A stretch of 64,000 nt of DNA from Dehalococcoidia bacterium (lineage in GTDB: Bacteria > Chloroflexota > Dehalococcoidia > UBA2979), in assembly GCA_963667515.2 (NCBI GenBank), contig CAXXXY010000009.1, positions 10,569 to 74,568 of the forward strand, written 5' to 3'. The position numbers were made by a program, and so were the translations under genes. The notes beneath the pieces were generated by a model. That model saw only the letters and a list, made by a program, of their open reading frames with translations. It searched no databases and was not told the origin of the DNA. Position 1 is the stretch's first letter; each line of letters begins with the position of its first letter. Positions 1 to 9,624 of this stretch are shown piece by piece.

Positions 1-101
1 TACCGCCTGTCCTCCCCGTCTCCACCAGTGCGCCGGACCATAGCGCCGGCAGTCGGGGCACAGCTTTCGAGAGCCGTACCCCGGGGGGCGGATGGCAGTC
101 C

Positions 102-1199
102 ATGTCCGGCGCTGACCTGACACCGATTCTGCGAATCGACCCGCACCCGGGTCTGATGATCGACGTGGAGACGTGGGCGCAGGCCCACAGCTACCACCAG
201 CGGCACCAGCGGCTGCACGCCCTCCACTGGCACGGCGCGGGCATTGCGCGGGGGCTGGGTGTGGTCGCGAACGCCCCCCCGGACGACACGGTGGCGGTCG
301 AGCCGGGGCTGGCGATCGACGGCTCCGGCCACGTCATCCTGGTCCCCGACTACGAGCGGGTCGCTCTCCCGTCGGAGGGCGCCGTGGCGTATGTGAAGCT
401 GGAGTACGTCGAGCGGCCCGACGCCGACGCGGCCGGTCGCGTGGTGGAGGACTTCCGAATCCGGGCGACGGCGACGGCCCCGGATGCGGGGGAGCTGGAG
501 CTCGCCCGCATCGAGCGCGACCCCGACGGGGAGGCGCGCGCCCTCCCCGCCTCGAGCTGGTGGTCGCCGGCTCGGCAGGAGATCGATCCTCGCTTTCGGC
601 GCGTCGCGGTTTCCGGAGCGGCTCGGGCGCTGACGCTCGGATACCTCGGAGTCGGCGAGAAGGACGAGCCGGGCGACCGGCACCTCGAGGGCTTCTTCTA
701 CCTCGTCCGGGCGATGCGCCGCGCCGGCATCGACGTGCGGCCACTGGTCGTCGCGGAGGCCGCCGCGCTCCCCGCCGCCGATCTCTACTACGTGACGGGC
801 GCACCGGGTGCCGTCGCCTCTCCCGCCGTCGCCGAGCTGGTCCACGACGCGGTCGTGGCGGGGGCGCGCCTGCTCGTGGATGGCTGCTCCGCGAACGACC
901 CGTTCGTGGACGCGATCCGTGACGCGCTGCCGGAGTCGGGCTCGGCGCCCGAGGACCTCGAGCGCGACGTGCTGAGGGCGCACCACGTCCTCGCGGCGCC
1001 ACCGCCGGGGGCGGAGCCGGACGGCGACTTCGCGTGGGACGTCGCGGGGCCGCTGACCGGCCGGGACTACGGCTGCGCGTGGGCGGGGCGAGCCGCGGAC
1101 AGCGCCGCCGTGCGCGACGCGCTCGAGTTCGGCGTCAACGTCGCCGCGTGGGCGAGCTCCCCCGTCGAGCTCGCGCCGCTCGATTCCCCGCCGGCCTAG
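102..1199 (+). CDS. DUF4159-like protein resembling those in contractile injection system (eCIS) loci
   Basis: N-terminal 'GLMIDVETWAQAHSYHQRHQRLH..GIARGLGV..VEPGLAIDGSGHVILVP' and C-terminal 'DYGCAW..VRDALEFGVNV' resemble eCIS-associated DUF4159 proteins as I recall them. Confidence 0.55.
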   Translation: MSGADLTPILRIDPHPGLMIDVETWAQAHSYHQRHQRLHALHWHGAGIARGLGVVANAPPDDTVAVEPGLAIDGSGHVILVPDYERVALPSEGAVAYVKLEYVERPDADAAGRVVEDFRIRATATAPDAGELELARIERDPDGEARALPASSWWSPARQEIDPRFRRVAVSGAARALTLGYLGVGEKDEPGDRHLEGFFYLVRAMRRAGIDVRPLVVAEAAALPAADLYYVTGAPGAVASPAVAELVHDAVVAGARLLVDGCSANDPFVDAIRDALPESGSAPEDLERDVLRAHHVLAAPPPGAEPDGDFAWDVAGPLTGRDYGCAWAGRAADSAAVRDALEFGVNVAAWASSPVELAPLDSPPA

Positions 1200-1208
1200 G
1201 CGCGCGAC

Positions 1209-1586
1209 TCAATCGGTCAGCCGGCCGACGATGCTCGCGGCGAGAGCCTGGGTCTCCTGGGACGGCGCGACGCCGATCTGGCTCTCCAGCGTCTCGACAC
1301 ATTCGCGGTACTGGCGGAGCGCCTCGCCTCGACTGCCGAGCTCACCGTGCGCCTGGATGATCAGCCGGTGGCCCTCTTCGTTGCAGACGTCGCGCCAGAT
1401 CATCGCACGCCCGTAGTCGAGGACCGCTGCCCAGTTGCGCGCGTCCGCGGCGTCGCCGGCGAGCCACGCCAGCGCCCATTGATACGTCTGCGCGAGGGCG
1501 CGACGCGGCTCGATCGTCCAATCCTCATAGGGGTCGGACTCGAGCAGGTCGCCGGTGCAGAGAGCCACGGCCGCGCTGAGCTCGGC
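1209..1586 (-). pseudogene. BTAD (SARP-type activator) domain fragment, 5'-truncated
   Basis: AVALCTGDLLESDPYEDW..NEEGHRLIIQAHGELGSRGEALRQYRECVETLESQIGVAPSQET is a typical BTAD C-terminus; no upstream HTH and the sequence runs into an opposite-strand gene. Confidence 0.75.
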
Positions 1587-2068
1587 GCGCCGACGGGCGG
1601 CGGCGCGCGCCGGACGCGCCGCCGCGCCTGCTGGCGACGTGGCGCGCGGTGATCGAGGAGCTGGCGCCCGAGCCGCCGCGCGCGGGGCTCGCGATCGGCG
1701 GCCGCTCGATGGGCGGGCGCATCGCGAGCATGCTCGCCGACGAGGTGGACGCGGCGGCGCTCGTCTGCCTCGGCTACCCGTTCCACCCGACGGGGAAGCC
1801 CGAGCGGCTGCGCACGGCGCACCTCGAGCAGCTGCGCACGCCGACGCTCATCGTGCAGGGCGAGCGCGACCCGATGGGGCGCGCCGAGGAGGTGGCAGGC
1901 TACCGCCTCTCCCCCGCGATCGAGCTGCGCTGGCTGGCGGACGGCGACCACTCCTTCCGGCCGCGCCGCTCCTCCGGCCGTAGCGAGGCGGCCAACATCG
2001 ACGAGGCGACGGCCGCCGTCGTCGACTTCCTCGCGCGCGTGACCGCCCCGGGCGCGGCGCGCGCCTAG
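1580..2068 (+). pseudogene. alpha/beta hydrolase (KANL3/Tex30-like), N-terminus missing
   Basis: GGRSMGGR nucleophile elbow, LGYPFHP, QGERDPMG, GDHS; the frame extends upstream only to TGA at 1577-1579. Confidence 0.7.
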
Positions 2069-2157
2069 CTCAGGGCGCCCCCTCGCTCCACTCCGCTCCC
2101 GTGGCGGTCGCCTCGTGCGGCCTTCGAACGCCCGAGCAGCCCCGGCCACCCCGGCAG

Positions 2158-2191
2158 GAGCGGCAGCCCCTCGAGTCCAGCGGAACGCTGG
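2158..2191 (+). repeat. REP-like repeat copy
   Basis: GAGCGGCAGCCCCTCGAGTCCAGCGGAACGCTG matches the units at 59657-59900 and 62101-62224. Confidence 0.75.
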
Positions 2192-2276
2192 CGCTGGTAT
2201 CATCGCGCCGCCTGCGGCTCCCGGGGATTCGGGAGCGGCGGGCGAGGCGAGCCGGGCGGGCGGAGGGGGTGGGGGC

Positions 2277-3755
2277 GTGGCGCGATTCGACACCGTGGTG
2301 GCGGGCGGGGACCTCGTCATCCCCTACGTCGGGACGGTGCGCGCCGACCTCGGCATCCGCGACGGGCGCATCGCCGCGATCGAGGACGTCATCCCCGCGA
2401 CGGACGGCAAGCAGGCGATCGACGCGCGCGGCCGCGTGGTGGCGCCCGGCGCCGTCGACGCGCACTTCCACATCGGCATCTACCGCCCGATCGAGGAGGA
2501 CGCGGAGAGCGAGACGCGCTCCTCGCTGGTCGGCGGCGTCACCTCCGTGATCAGCTACTTCCGCACGGGCAGCCACTACCTCAACCGCAGCGGCTCCTAC
2601 CGCGAGATCCTGCCCGAGGTCATCGAGCGAACCAGCGGGCACGCCTACACGGACTTCGCCTACCACATCGGGATCATGGAGGACGCCCAGCTCGACGAGA
2701 TCGACTGGCTGGTGGAGCAGGGCATCGGCTCCTTCAAGTTCTTCATGTTCTACAAGGGGCTCAACCTGGAGGGGAGCTCCACCGACGGCAGCGCGCTGAC
2801 GATGTCCGAGAACTACGACCTGGGCCACCTCTACCGCTACATGCTGCGCGTCCAGGCGGCGGCGGCGCGCCACGCCCAGGCGGGGCGCATCTCGCTCTCG
2901 CTGCACTGCGAGCAGTCGGAGCTGCTGCGCGTCTTCATCGAGGAGGTGCAGGCGAAGGGCATCGACGGGCTGGAGGGCTACCACCTCGCGCGGCCGCCGC
3001 TGACGGAGCGGCTCGCGATCAGCGAGGCCGGCGTGCTGATCGAGGCCACCAAGTGCCCGGTGAACTTCCTGCACCTCTCGAGCGCGCTCGCCTTCCAGAC
3101 CGCCGACGAGTTCCGCCGCTCGCACCCCGAGGCGGACCTGCGCCTGGAGACGACGCTGCACCACCTCTCGCTCACCTGGCAGACGGCGGCGGGCGGGCTG
3201 CAGGGCAAGGTGAACCCGCCGATCCGCGAGCAGGCCGACAACGACGCGCTGTGGGCGGCGGTGATGGACGGCCGCATCGACCACGTGGTCTCCGACCACG
3301 CCTGCTGCTTCGAGGAGGACAAGGCCGACCTGTGGGGCGCCAAGGCCGGCTTCGGCGGGACCGCGCTGCTCTACCCGGTGCTGATCTCCGACGGCTACCA
3401 CAAGCGCGGGCTGCCCCTGCACCGCGTCGCGGAGCTGGTCTCGGCGAGCCCGGCGCAGACATTCGGCCTCTACCCGCGCAAGGGGACGATCGCCGTGGGC
3501 TCCGACGCCGACCTCGCCATCATCGACCTCGAGAAGGAGCAGCCGATCACCACCGACGTGCTGCTCGCGGCGCAGGACTTCACGCCGTTTGAGGGCTACC
3601 CGGTGAAGGGTTGGCCGGTGATGACGATCCGCCGCGGTGAGCTGATGTACCGCGACGGCGAGGTGGTGGGCGGCACCACGGGCGAGTTCCTGCGCCGGCC
3701 GCAGGCGCTGCACGCCGCGCAGCCAGCGCCGACTCCTGCCACGGGGGTGCGCTAG
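2277..3755 (+). CDS. cyclic amidohydrolase (dihydropyrimidinase/allantoinase/dihydroorotase family)
   Basis: PGAVDAHFH, GGVTSV, SFKFF lysine, LHCE, HLSS, KVNPPIR, SDHA, KGTIAVGSDAD. Confidence 0.9.
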   Translation: MARFDTVVAGGDLVIPYVGTVRADLGIRDGRIAAIEDVIPATDGKQAIDARGRVVAPGAVDAHFHIGIYRPIEEDAESETRSSLVGGVTSVISYFRTGSHYLNRSGSYREILPEVIERTSGHAYTDFAYHIGIMEDAQLDEIDWLVEQGIGSFKFFMFYKGLNLEGSSTDGSALTMSENYDLGHLYRYMLRVQAAAARHAQAGRISLSLHCEQSELLRVFIEEVQAKGIDGLEGYHLARPPLTERLAISEAGVLIEATKCPVNFLHLSSALAFQTADEFRRSHPEADLRLETTLHHLSLTWQTAAGGLQGKVNPPIREQADNDALWAAVMDGRIDHVVSDHACCFEEDKADLWGAKAGFGGTALLYPVLISDGYHKRGLPLHRVAELVSASPAQTFGLYPRKGTIAVGSDADLAIIDLEKEQPITTDVLLAAQDFTPFEGYPVKGWPVMTIRRGELMYRDGEVVGGTTGEFLRRPQALHAAQPAPTPATGVR

Positions 3756-3757
3756 CC

Positions 3758-5002
3758 GTGGCGCCCGACGCGGGCGCGCCGGGCGGGGCCGCTTCCGAGG
3801 AGACCGGCGTCCCGAAGGGCCTCGCGGGTGTGCGCGTGGTGGACGCGGCCACGCTCTTCGCGGGTCCGCTGATGGCGACGGTGCTGGGCGACTTCGGCGC
3901 CGACGTCATCAAGGTGGAGCACCCCACGCGCGGCGACCCGGTGCGCGATCACGGCGAGAGCAAGGACGGCCACGGCCTGTGGTGGAAGCAGATGTCCCGC
4001 AACAAGCGGGCCGTCTCGCTCAACCTCTCGTCGGAGGGCGGGCAGGAGCTGGTGCTGGAGCTGCTGAAGACGGCGGACGTCTTCATCGAGAACTTCCGCC
4101 CCGGCACGCTGGAGCGCTGGAACCTCTCGCCCGAGCGGCTGCACGAGGTCAACCCGCGCCTGATCATCATGCGCTGCACCGGCTTCGGGCAGTTCGGCCC
4201 GTACTCATCGCGCCCCGGCTTCGGCACGCTGGCCGAGGCGATGAGCGGCTTCGCGGCGATCACGGGCCAGCCGGACGGCCCGCCGACGCTCCCGCCGTTC
4301 GGCCTCGCCGACGGCATCGCGGGGCTGGCGGGCGCCAACGCGCTGCTGATCGCGCTCTACTGGCGCGACGCGCAGGGCGGAGGCCGCGGGCAGGTGATCG
4401 ATCTGGCGCTGATCGAGCCGATCCTCACCGTGCTGGGCGCGCAGCCGATCATCTACCAGCAGCTGGGCATCAAGCAGCCGCGGCACGGCAACCGCTCCGT
4501 CAACAACGCGCCGCGCAACACTTACGAGACGCGCGACGGCCGCTGGGTCGCCGTCTCCACCAGCGCGCAGGCGATCGCCGAGCGCGTGATGCGGCTGGTG
4601 GGGCACCCCGAGGTGATCGACGAGCCGTGGTTCGCGGGCGGCGTGACCCGCGCTAAGCACGCCGACGAGCTCGACGCGATGGTCGGCGATTGGATCGCCG
4701 CCCACGACTTCGACGACGTGGTCTCGGAGTTCGAGGAGGCACAGGCGGCCGTCGCGCCGATCTACGACATCGAGGACATCCTCAACGATCCGCAGTTCCA
4801 GGCGCTGGACTCGATCACCACCGTGGAGGACCCCGACCTCGGCCCGCTGCGCATGCAGAACGTGATGTTCCGCATGTCGGAGACGCCGGGCCGCATTCGC
4901 TACCCCGGCCGGACCCGCGGCGCCGACAACGAGGAGGTCTACGGCGAGCTCGGCGTCACGCCGGAGCGGCTCGCCGAGCTCCGCGAGCAGGGCGCCGTCT
5001 AG
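3758..5002 (+). CDS. CaiB/BaiF family III CoA transferase
   Basis: LGDFGADVIKVE, RNKR, ENFRPG, GFGQFGPY motifs. Confidence 0.95.
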   Translation: MAPDAGAPGGAASEETGVPKGLAGVRVVDAATLFAGPLMATVLGDFGADVIKVEHPTRGDPVRDHGESKDGHGLWWKQMSRNKRAVSLNLSSEGGQELVLELLKTADVFIENFRPGTLERWNLSPERLHEVNPRLIIMRCTGFGQFGPYSSRPGFGTLAEAMSGFAAITGQPDGPPTLPPFGLADGIAGLAGANALLIALYWRDAQGGGRGQVIDLALIEPILTVLGAQPIIYQQLGIKQPRHGNRSVNNAPRNTYETRDGRWVAVSTSAQAIAERVMRLVGHPEVIDEPWFAGGVTRAKHADELDAMVGDWIAAHDFDDVVSEFEEAQAAVAPIYDIEDILNDPQFQALDSITTVEDPDLGPLRMQNVMFRMSETPGRIRYPGRTRGADNEEVYGELGVTPERLAELREQGAV

Positions 5003-5006
5003 CCTC

Positions 5007-5978
5007 GTGGCCAGCGACTCGCAGCCCCGCCCATCGAGCGCGGCCGCCGGGCCCGCCGCGCTGCCGCCGCTGCCGCCGCTGCGCAGCCACCTCTACGCCC
5101 CCGGCAACAACGAGAAGCTGCTGGGCCGCGTGCTGGAGGCGGGCGCCGACGCCGTGGTGCTGGACCTGGAGGACGCGGTGCCGCCCGCGGAGAAGGAGCG
5201 CGCGCGCGACCTCGTCGCCGAGGTGGTGGCGGCGCGCGCCTCCGAGCCGGCGCCCGCGGTCTTCGTGCGCGTGAACCACCCCTCGACCGGGCTCGCCGCC
5301 GCCGAGGTGGCCGCCGTCGTGCGCCCCGGCCTCGCGGGCATCCGCGTGCCGAAGACGGAGAGCGCGGGCGAGGTCCGACTGCTCGCCGCCTGGATCGCGG
5401 CGGCGGAGCGCGAGGCCGGGCTGCCGTCGGGCGCGATCGCGCTCATCCCGATCGTCGAGAGCGCGAAGGGCGCGTGGCGCGCCGAGGAGATCGCGGCCGC
5501 CGACCCGCGCGTGCTGGCGCTCGCCTTCGGCGCCGCGGACTTCGTGCGCGACCTGGAACTGCGCCCGGGCGTCGAGGGCACGGAGACGCTCCATGCGCGC
5601 TCGCGGCTGGTGCTCGCCTCGCGAGTGGCGGGGGTGCGCCCGCCAATCGACTCGGTCCTCACCCGCCTCGACGACGAGCAGGCGCTGCGCGCGGAGGCCA
5701 CGCAGGCGCGCGCGCTCGGCTACTTCGGCAAGTCGGCGATCCACCCGCGGCAGCTCCCCGCGATCCACGAGGCGTTCACGCCGACTGCGGCCGAGGTGGC
5801 GCGCGCTCGCGCGATCGTCGCCGCCGAGGAGCAGGCGGAGCGCTCGGGCTCGGGCGCGACGACGCTCGATCCTGCCGGCGGCGCCGCCGGCGGGGGCGGC
5901 CGCGAGTTCGTCGACGTGGCGGTGGTGCGGCGCGCGCAGCAGACGCTGGCGCTCGCCGAGCGACTCGGCGTCGGCTAG
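5007..5978 (+). CDS. CitE-like (citryl/malyl/citramalyl)-CoA lyase
   Basis: RSHLYAPG, DLEDAV, VRVN, PK, IVES, FGAADF, GKSAIHPRQ. Confidence 0.92.
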   Translation: MASDSQPRPSSAAAGPAALPPLPPLRSHLYAPGNNEKLLGRVLEAGADAVVLDLEDAVPPAEKERARDLVAEVVAARASEPAPAVFVRVNHPSTGLAAAEVAAVVRPGLAGIRVPKTESAGEVRLLAAWIAAAEREAGLPSGAIALIPIVESAKGAWRAEEIAAADPRVLALAFGAADFVRDLELRPGVEGTETLHARSRLVLASRVAGVRPPIDSVLTRLDDEQALRAEATQARALGYFGKSAIHPRQLPAIHEAFTPTAAEVARARAIVAAEEQAERSGSGATTLDPAGGAAGGGGREFVDVAVVRRAQQTLALAERLGVG

Positions 5979-6020
5979 CCCGCCGGCGATCGCGCACGAA
6001 GGCAGGACGAGGGGGCGGCG

Positions 6021-6851
6021 ATGAGCACGGAGGCGACGCAGGGGCTCGGAGCGCGGCTGGCGGATCTGGCGGCGGGGGCGCGCGTCTTCGACCTCGGCCA
6101 CCCGCTCGATCCCGCGATGCCGGTCTCGCCCAACCACCCGGGCTACCGCATGGCGCTGCTACGGCGCCACGGCGACATGGTGCGCCCCGACGGCGGCTCC
6201 GCAGCCAACGAGATGATCGTGATGGGCGGCCACACCGGCACCCACTTCGACGCGCTGAGCCACGTCTCGCACGAGGGGAAGCTGCACGGCGGCATCGACG
6301 CGGCGTCGGTGCAGACCGAGGGCTCGCGCTTCTCCGCGCTCGGCGTGGAGACGGTGGCGCCGATCGTCTGCCGCGGCGTGCTGCTGGACGTGGCGGGCGC
6401 GCGGGGCGTCGATGCGCTGCCCGGCGGCGCTCCGATCACCGCCGAGGATCTCGCCTCCACCGCCGAGCGCGAGGGCGCCGAGGTGGGCGCGGGCGACGCG
6501 GTGCTGGTGCGCTCGGGCTGGGCGCGCCACTGGGGCGATCCGCCGCGCTACATCGGCCACGACTCGGGCGTGCCCGGCCCCGACGAGGGCGCGGCGCGCT
6601 GGCTCGCCGCTCGCGAGATCCGCGTGACCGGCCACGATTCGATGGCGTACGAGCACCTGCCGGCCGGCTCGGGCCACCGCCTGCTGCCCGTGCACCGCGT
6701 GCTGCTGGTGGAGGCGGGCATCTTCATCATCGAGAACGTGGACATGGAGGCGCTGGCCGCCGCGGGCGTGCACGAGTTCCTGTTCGCCGTGAGCCCTCTG
6801 CCCTTCGTGGGCGGCACGGGCTCTCCGGTCCGCCCAGTCGCGGTCGCCTAG
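6021..6851 (+). CDS. cyclase family metal-dependent hydrolase (kynurenine formamidase-like)
   Basis: HTGTHFDALSH motif, H..LL..GIFIIEN, GTGSPVRP. Confidence 0.92.
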   Translation: MSTEATQGLGARLADLAAGARVFDLGHPLDPAMPVSPNHPGYRMALLRRHGDMVRPDGGSAANEMIVMGGHTGTHFDALSHVSHEGKLHGGIDAASVQTEGSRFSALGVETVAPIVCRGVLLDVAGARGVDALPGGAPITAEDLASTAEREGAEVGAGDAVLVRSGWARHWGDPPRYIGHDSGVPGPDEGAARWLAAREIRVTGHDSMAYEHLPAGSGHRLLPVHRVLLVEAGIFIIENVDMEALAAAGVHEFLFAVSPLPFVGGTGSPVRPVAVA

Positions 6852-7028
6852 CAACGTTCCGTTGCATCGTGTCGGCTGCCGCTCCTCGCCGAGGGGGGCT
6901 GGTGCATCGTGTCGGCTGCCGCTCCTCGCCGAGGGGGGCTGGTGCTCGGGCGGGGCGGCGGCGGGCGAGCCGGGAGGCGTCTCGCTGCGACTGCGGCGGC
7001 TGCCGCTCCTCGCCTCGGGGGGCTAGTG
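6851..7028. repeat. REP-like copy plus 2x40 bp tandem repeat
   Basis: TGCATCGTGTCGGCTGCCGCTCCTCGCCGAGGGGGGCTGG at 6863-6902 and 6903-6942, partial third copy at ~6998-7028. Confidence 0.85.
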
Positions 7029-7084
7029 TCCGGGCGGTACGGCGGCGGGCTCGACGTGCCGCCGGAGGAGATGAGGCAACGCCG

Positions 7085-8512
7085 ATGGCTGAGCAGGGCG
7101 CCGAGGGCGGCGAGACGATCCTCCACACGCTGTCGAGGTTCGTCGCGGAGACGGCGCCCGAGACGCTGCCCGCCGCGGTCGCCGCGAGCGTGCGCCAGCG
7201 CGTGCTCGACGCGCTCGGCATCTGCGTCGCCGCTAACGCCGAGGGGCTGGGCGACGGCGCGTGGGAGCTCGTCGAGCTGTGGGGCGGCCGCGAGGAGTCG
7301 AGCGTGGTGGGGCGCGCCGGCCGCTTCCCCGCTCCGCAGGCGGCGCTCGTCAACGGCACGCTCGCGCACAGCCTCGACTTCGACGACACGCATCTGCCCT
7401 CGGTGCTGCACCCCAGCGCGTCGCTGGTGCCCGCCGTGCTGGCGCAGGCCGAGGAGTCGGGCGCCGACGGCGCCCACGCCATCGCGGCGGCGGCCGCCGG
7501 CCTCGAGGTCTGCGTGCGGCTGGGGATGGGCGGCTATCTCCCCGACGCCGGCAACATCTTCTTCGAGAAGGGGTGGCACGCCACCTCGATCTGCGGCGCC
7601 ATCGCCTCGGCGGCGGCGGGGGCGCGGCTGCTCGGCCTCGACGCGAGCGGCATCGGGCACGCCATGGGCATCGCCTCGAGCATGGCGGGCGGCCTGATCG
7701 AGTCGAACCGCGCGGGGGGCACGGTGAAGCGGCTGCACTGCGGCTGGGCGGCGCACGCCGGCCTCACCGCCGCGCGGCTCGCCGAGCGCGGATACACCGG
7801 CCCGCCCACCGTCTTCGAGGGGCGCTTCGGCTTCTACAACGCCTTCTGCGACGGCCGCTACGACGAGCAGGCGATCCTCGGCGGGCTCGGTGAGCACTGG
7901 GAGGTGCCGGGCATCTTCTTCAAGCCCTACCCCGCGAATCACTACACGCACGCCGGGATCGACGCCGCGCTGGCGATGCGCGCGAAGCACGGCGTCGACC
8001 CCGACCGCATCGCGCGCATCCGGCTGGGCGGCGCGACCTCGGCGCTGCGCACCATCGGCGAGCCGCGCGAGGAGAAGCTGCGCCCGCAGTCGGGGTACCA
8101 CGCGCAGTTCAGCGGGCCGTTCACGGTGGCGGCGGCGCTGCTGGGCGGCGGCGGCCTCGGCGTCTCGTTCGAGGACTTCACCGACGAGCGCGCCCGTGAC
8201 CCGCGCGTGCTCGCGCTCGCCGCGAGGGTCGAGACCTACGCCGACCCCGAGTGCGACCGCATCTTTCCGATGCAGTTCCCCGCCGTGCTGACGGTTGCGA
8301 TGGACGACGGCGCCACCTTCGAGGAGCGCGTGCTGGTCAACCGCGGCGGCCCCGGCAACCCGCTCACCGGCGAGGAGCTGCGGCTGAAGTTCCGCATCAA
8401 CGCGGAGCGCGCGCTCTCTCCCGACCGCGCCTCAGCGCTCGCCGACGCCGTCGACGCGCTCGCCGGCGCGCCGAGCGTCGGCGGGCTGCTGGAGCTGACG
8501 CGCGCGGGCTAG
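7085..8512 (+). CDS. MmgE/PrpD family protein
   Basis: NGTLAHSLDFDDTH, HPS, GWH, KRLHCG, FKPYPANHYTH; start ATG 7085 follows GAGG. Confidence 0.93.
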   Translation: MAEQGAEGGETILHTLSRFVAETAPETLPAAVAASVRQRVLDALGICVAANAEGLGDGAWELVELWGGREESSVVGRAGRFPAPQAALVNGTLAHSLDFDDTHLPSVLHPSASLVPAVLAQAEESGADGAHAIAAAAAGLEVCVRLGMGGYLPDAGNIFFEKGWHATSICGAIASAAAGARLLGLDASGIGHAMGIASSMAGGLIESNRAGGTVKRLHCGWAAHAGLTAARLAERGYTGPPTVFEGRFGFYNAFCDGRYDEQAILGGLGEHWEVPGIFFKPYPANHYTHAGIDAALAMRAKHGVDPDRIARIRLGGATSALRTIGEPREEKLRPQSGYHAQFSGPFTVAAALLGGGGLGVSFEDFTDERARDPRVLALAARVETYADPECDRIFPMQFPAVLTVAMDDGATFEERVLVNRGGPGNPLTGEELRLKFRINAERALSPDRASALADAVDALAGAPSVGGLLELTRAG

Positions 8513-9036
8513 CGTCGCCGCCACCGCCATATATCGCCGAGCCACCAGTGGGGTTTTGTGTGCCACAGCGGCCTCGTGCCCCAGATGACTACGCGCCCGC
8601 CCGGCCCCGCGATGGCCGCGAGGACGACGAGCACGACGAGCGCCATCACGACGGGGCGCAGTTCAGGCGCGCGCGTCCAGATCACCGCGAGCAGAAGCAT
8701 CGGTAGTAGCGACGCGAGCACGGCGAGCACGAGGCCGCAGAGGACGAGGACGTATAGCAGCCGGTCCTGCGTGCTCGACTCCGTGTCAGCGATCTCGGCG
8801 ATCGTGCGGAGGAAGAGCCCGACGACCGGCCAGCTCCGACGGCTCCGGGTTGGTGCGGGTGGCTCCTCGAGCGCTCGCGCAGCGACCGGCTCGCGGCCTC
8901 GTCGCGCCACGAGCGTCACCACACTCAGGCCGAGCACGATCGCGCTCCCGATCGCTAGTCTGCGGTCGCTCTCGATGGCGGCAAGCGCGAGTCCGCCGAT
9001 CGCGGCGACGGCGAGCGTGACGACAACGATGCGCAT
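8509..9036 (-). CDS. hypothetical multi-pass membrane protein, possibly frameshifted from a start at 9157
   Basis: Several hydrophobic segments; a signal-like segment (MRARIRNVAAILAVIIGLSLW) lies upstream in another frame. Confidence 0.5.
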   Translation of the reverse strand: MRIVVVTLAVAAIGGLALAAIESDRRLAIGSAIVLGLSVVTLVARRGREPVAARALEEPPAPTRSRRSWPVVGLFLRTIAEIADTESSTQDRLLYVLVLCGLVLAVLASLLPMLLLAVIWTRAPELRPVVMALVVLVVLAAIAGPGGRVVIWGTRPLWHTKPHWWLGDIWRWRRR

Positions 9037-9231
9037 CGGTGACGGACCTCCGATCACCGTCGAGCCGCGGCGGACTCCAGGGGTCAGGCAGCCGCCATAG
9101 CGAGAGCCCGATGATGACGGCGAGGATGGCGGCGACGTTGCGGATGCGTGCTCGCATGGGCCAGTCTCCGCGTCGAGGGCAGCAGTAGCCGGCGGGCGCC
9201 GAAGCGCTTGCATGGAGGAGGAGGCGCGCGC

Positions 9232-9624
9232 GTGACGAAGCTGAGCCGCGAGGAGCTGATCTCGCTGGTCGTCGACGACTACTTCGGCCAGACGGACGTG
9301 AATCGGCTGGACGATGTGCTGGCGACGATGAGCCCGGACGTGACGTTCACCATCCCCACCCACGACGCCCACCACGCCGGCCGCGACACGGGCGTCCGCA
9401 CGATGTTCGAGAAGCTCTACGAGGCGCACGCGGCGGTCTGGCACGGCGACTTCCACCACGTCGTGGACGTCGACGCGCAGTGGATCGCTAGCCAGTTCAC
9501 CGTTCGTAATACCGAGCACGACGGCTCCGTCACCGAGAAGCACAACTGCAACTTCTTTGAGGTGGTGGACGGGAAGCTCAGCCGCGTCTGGGTGTACATG
9601 CAGGGCGACAACACGCTGCTCTAG
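9232..9624 (+). CDS. SnoaL/NTF2-like protein
   Basis: GGAGGAGG RBS, ~130 aa, 'DYF..D..DDVLA.MSPD', 'CNFFEVVDGKLSRVWVY'. Confidence 0.85.
   Translation: MTKLSREELISLVVDDYFGQTDVNRLDDVLATMSPDVTFTIPTHDAHHAGRDTGVRTMFEKLYEAHAAVWHGDFHHVVDVDAQWIASQFTVRNTEHDGSVTEKHNCNFFEVVDGKLSRVWVYMQGDNTLL

Noticed and set aside
5474-7084. 1012-aa ORF as one protein
   Set aside because: The N-terminal half is an off-frame shadow of CitE, the cyclase and repeats; the real start is ~7085
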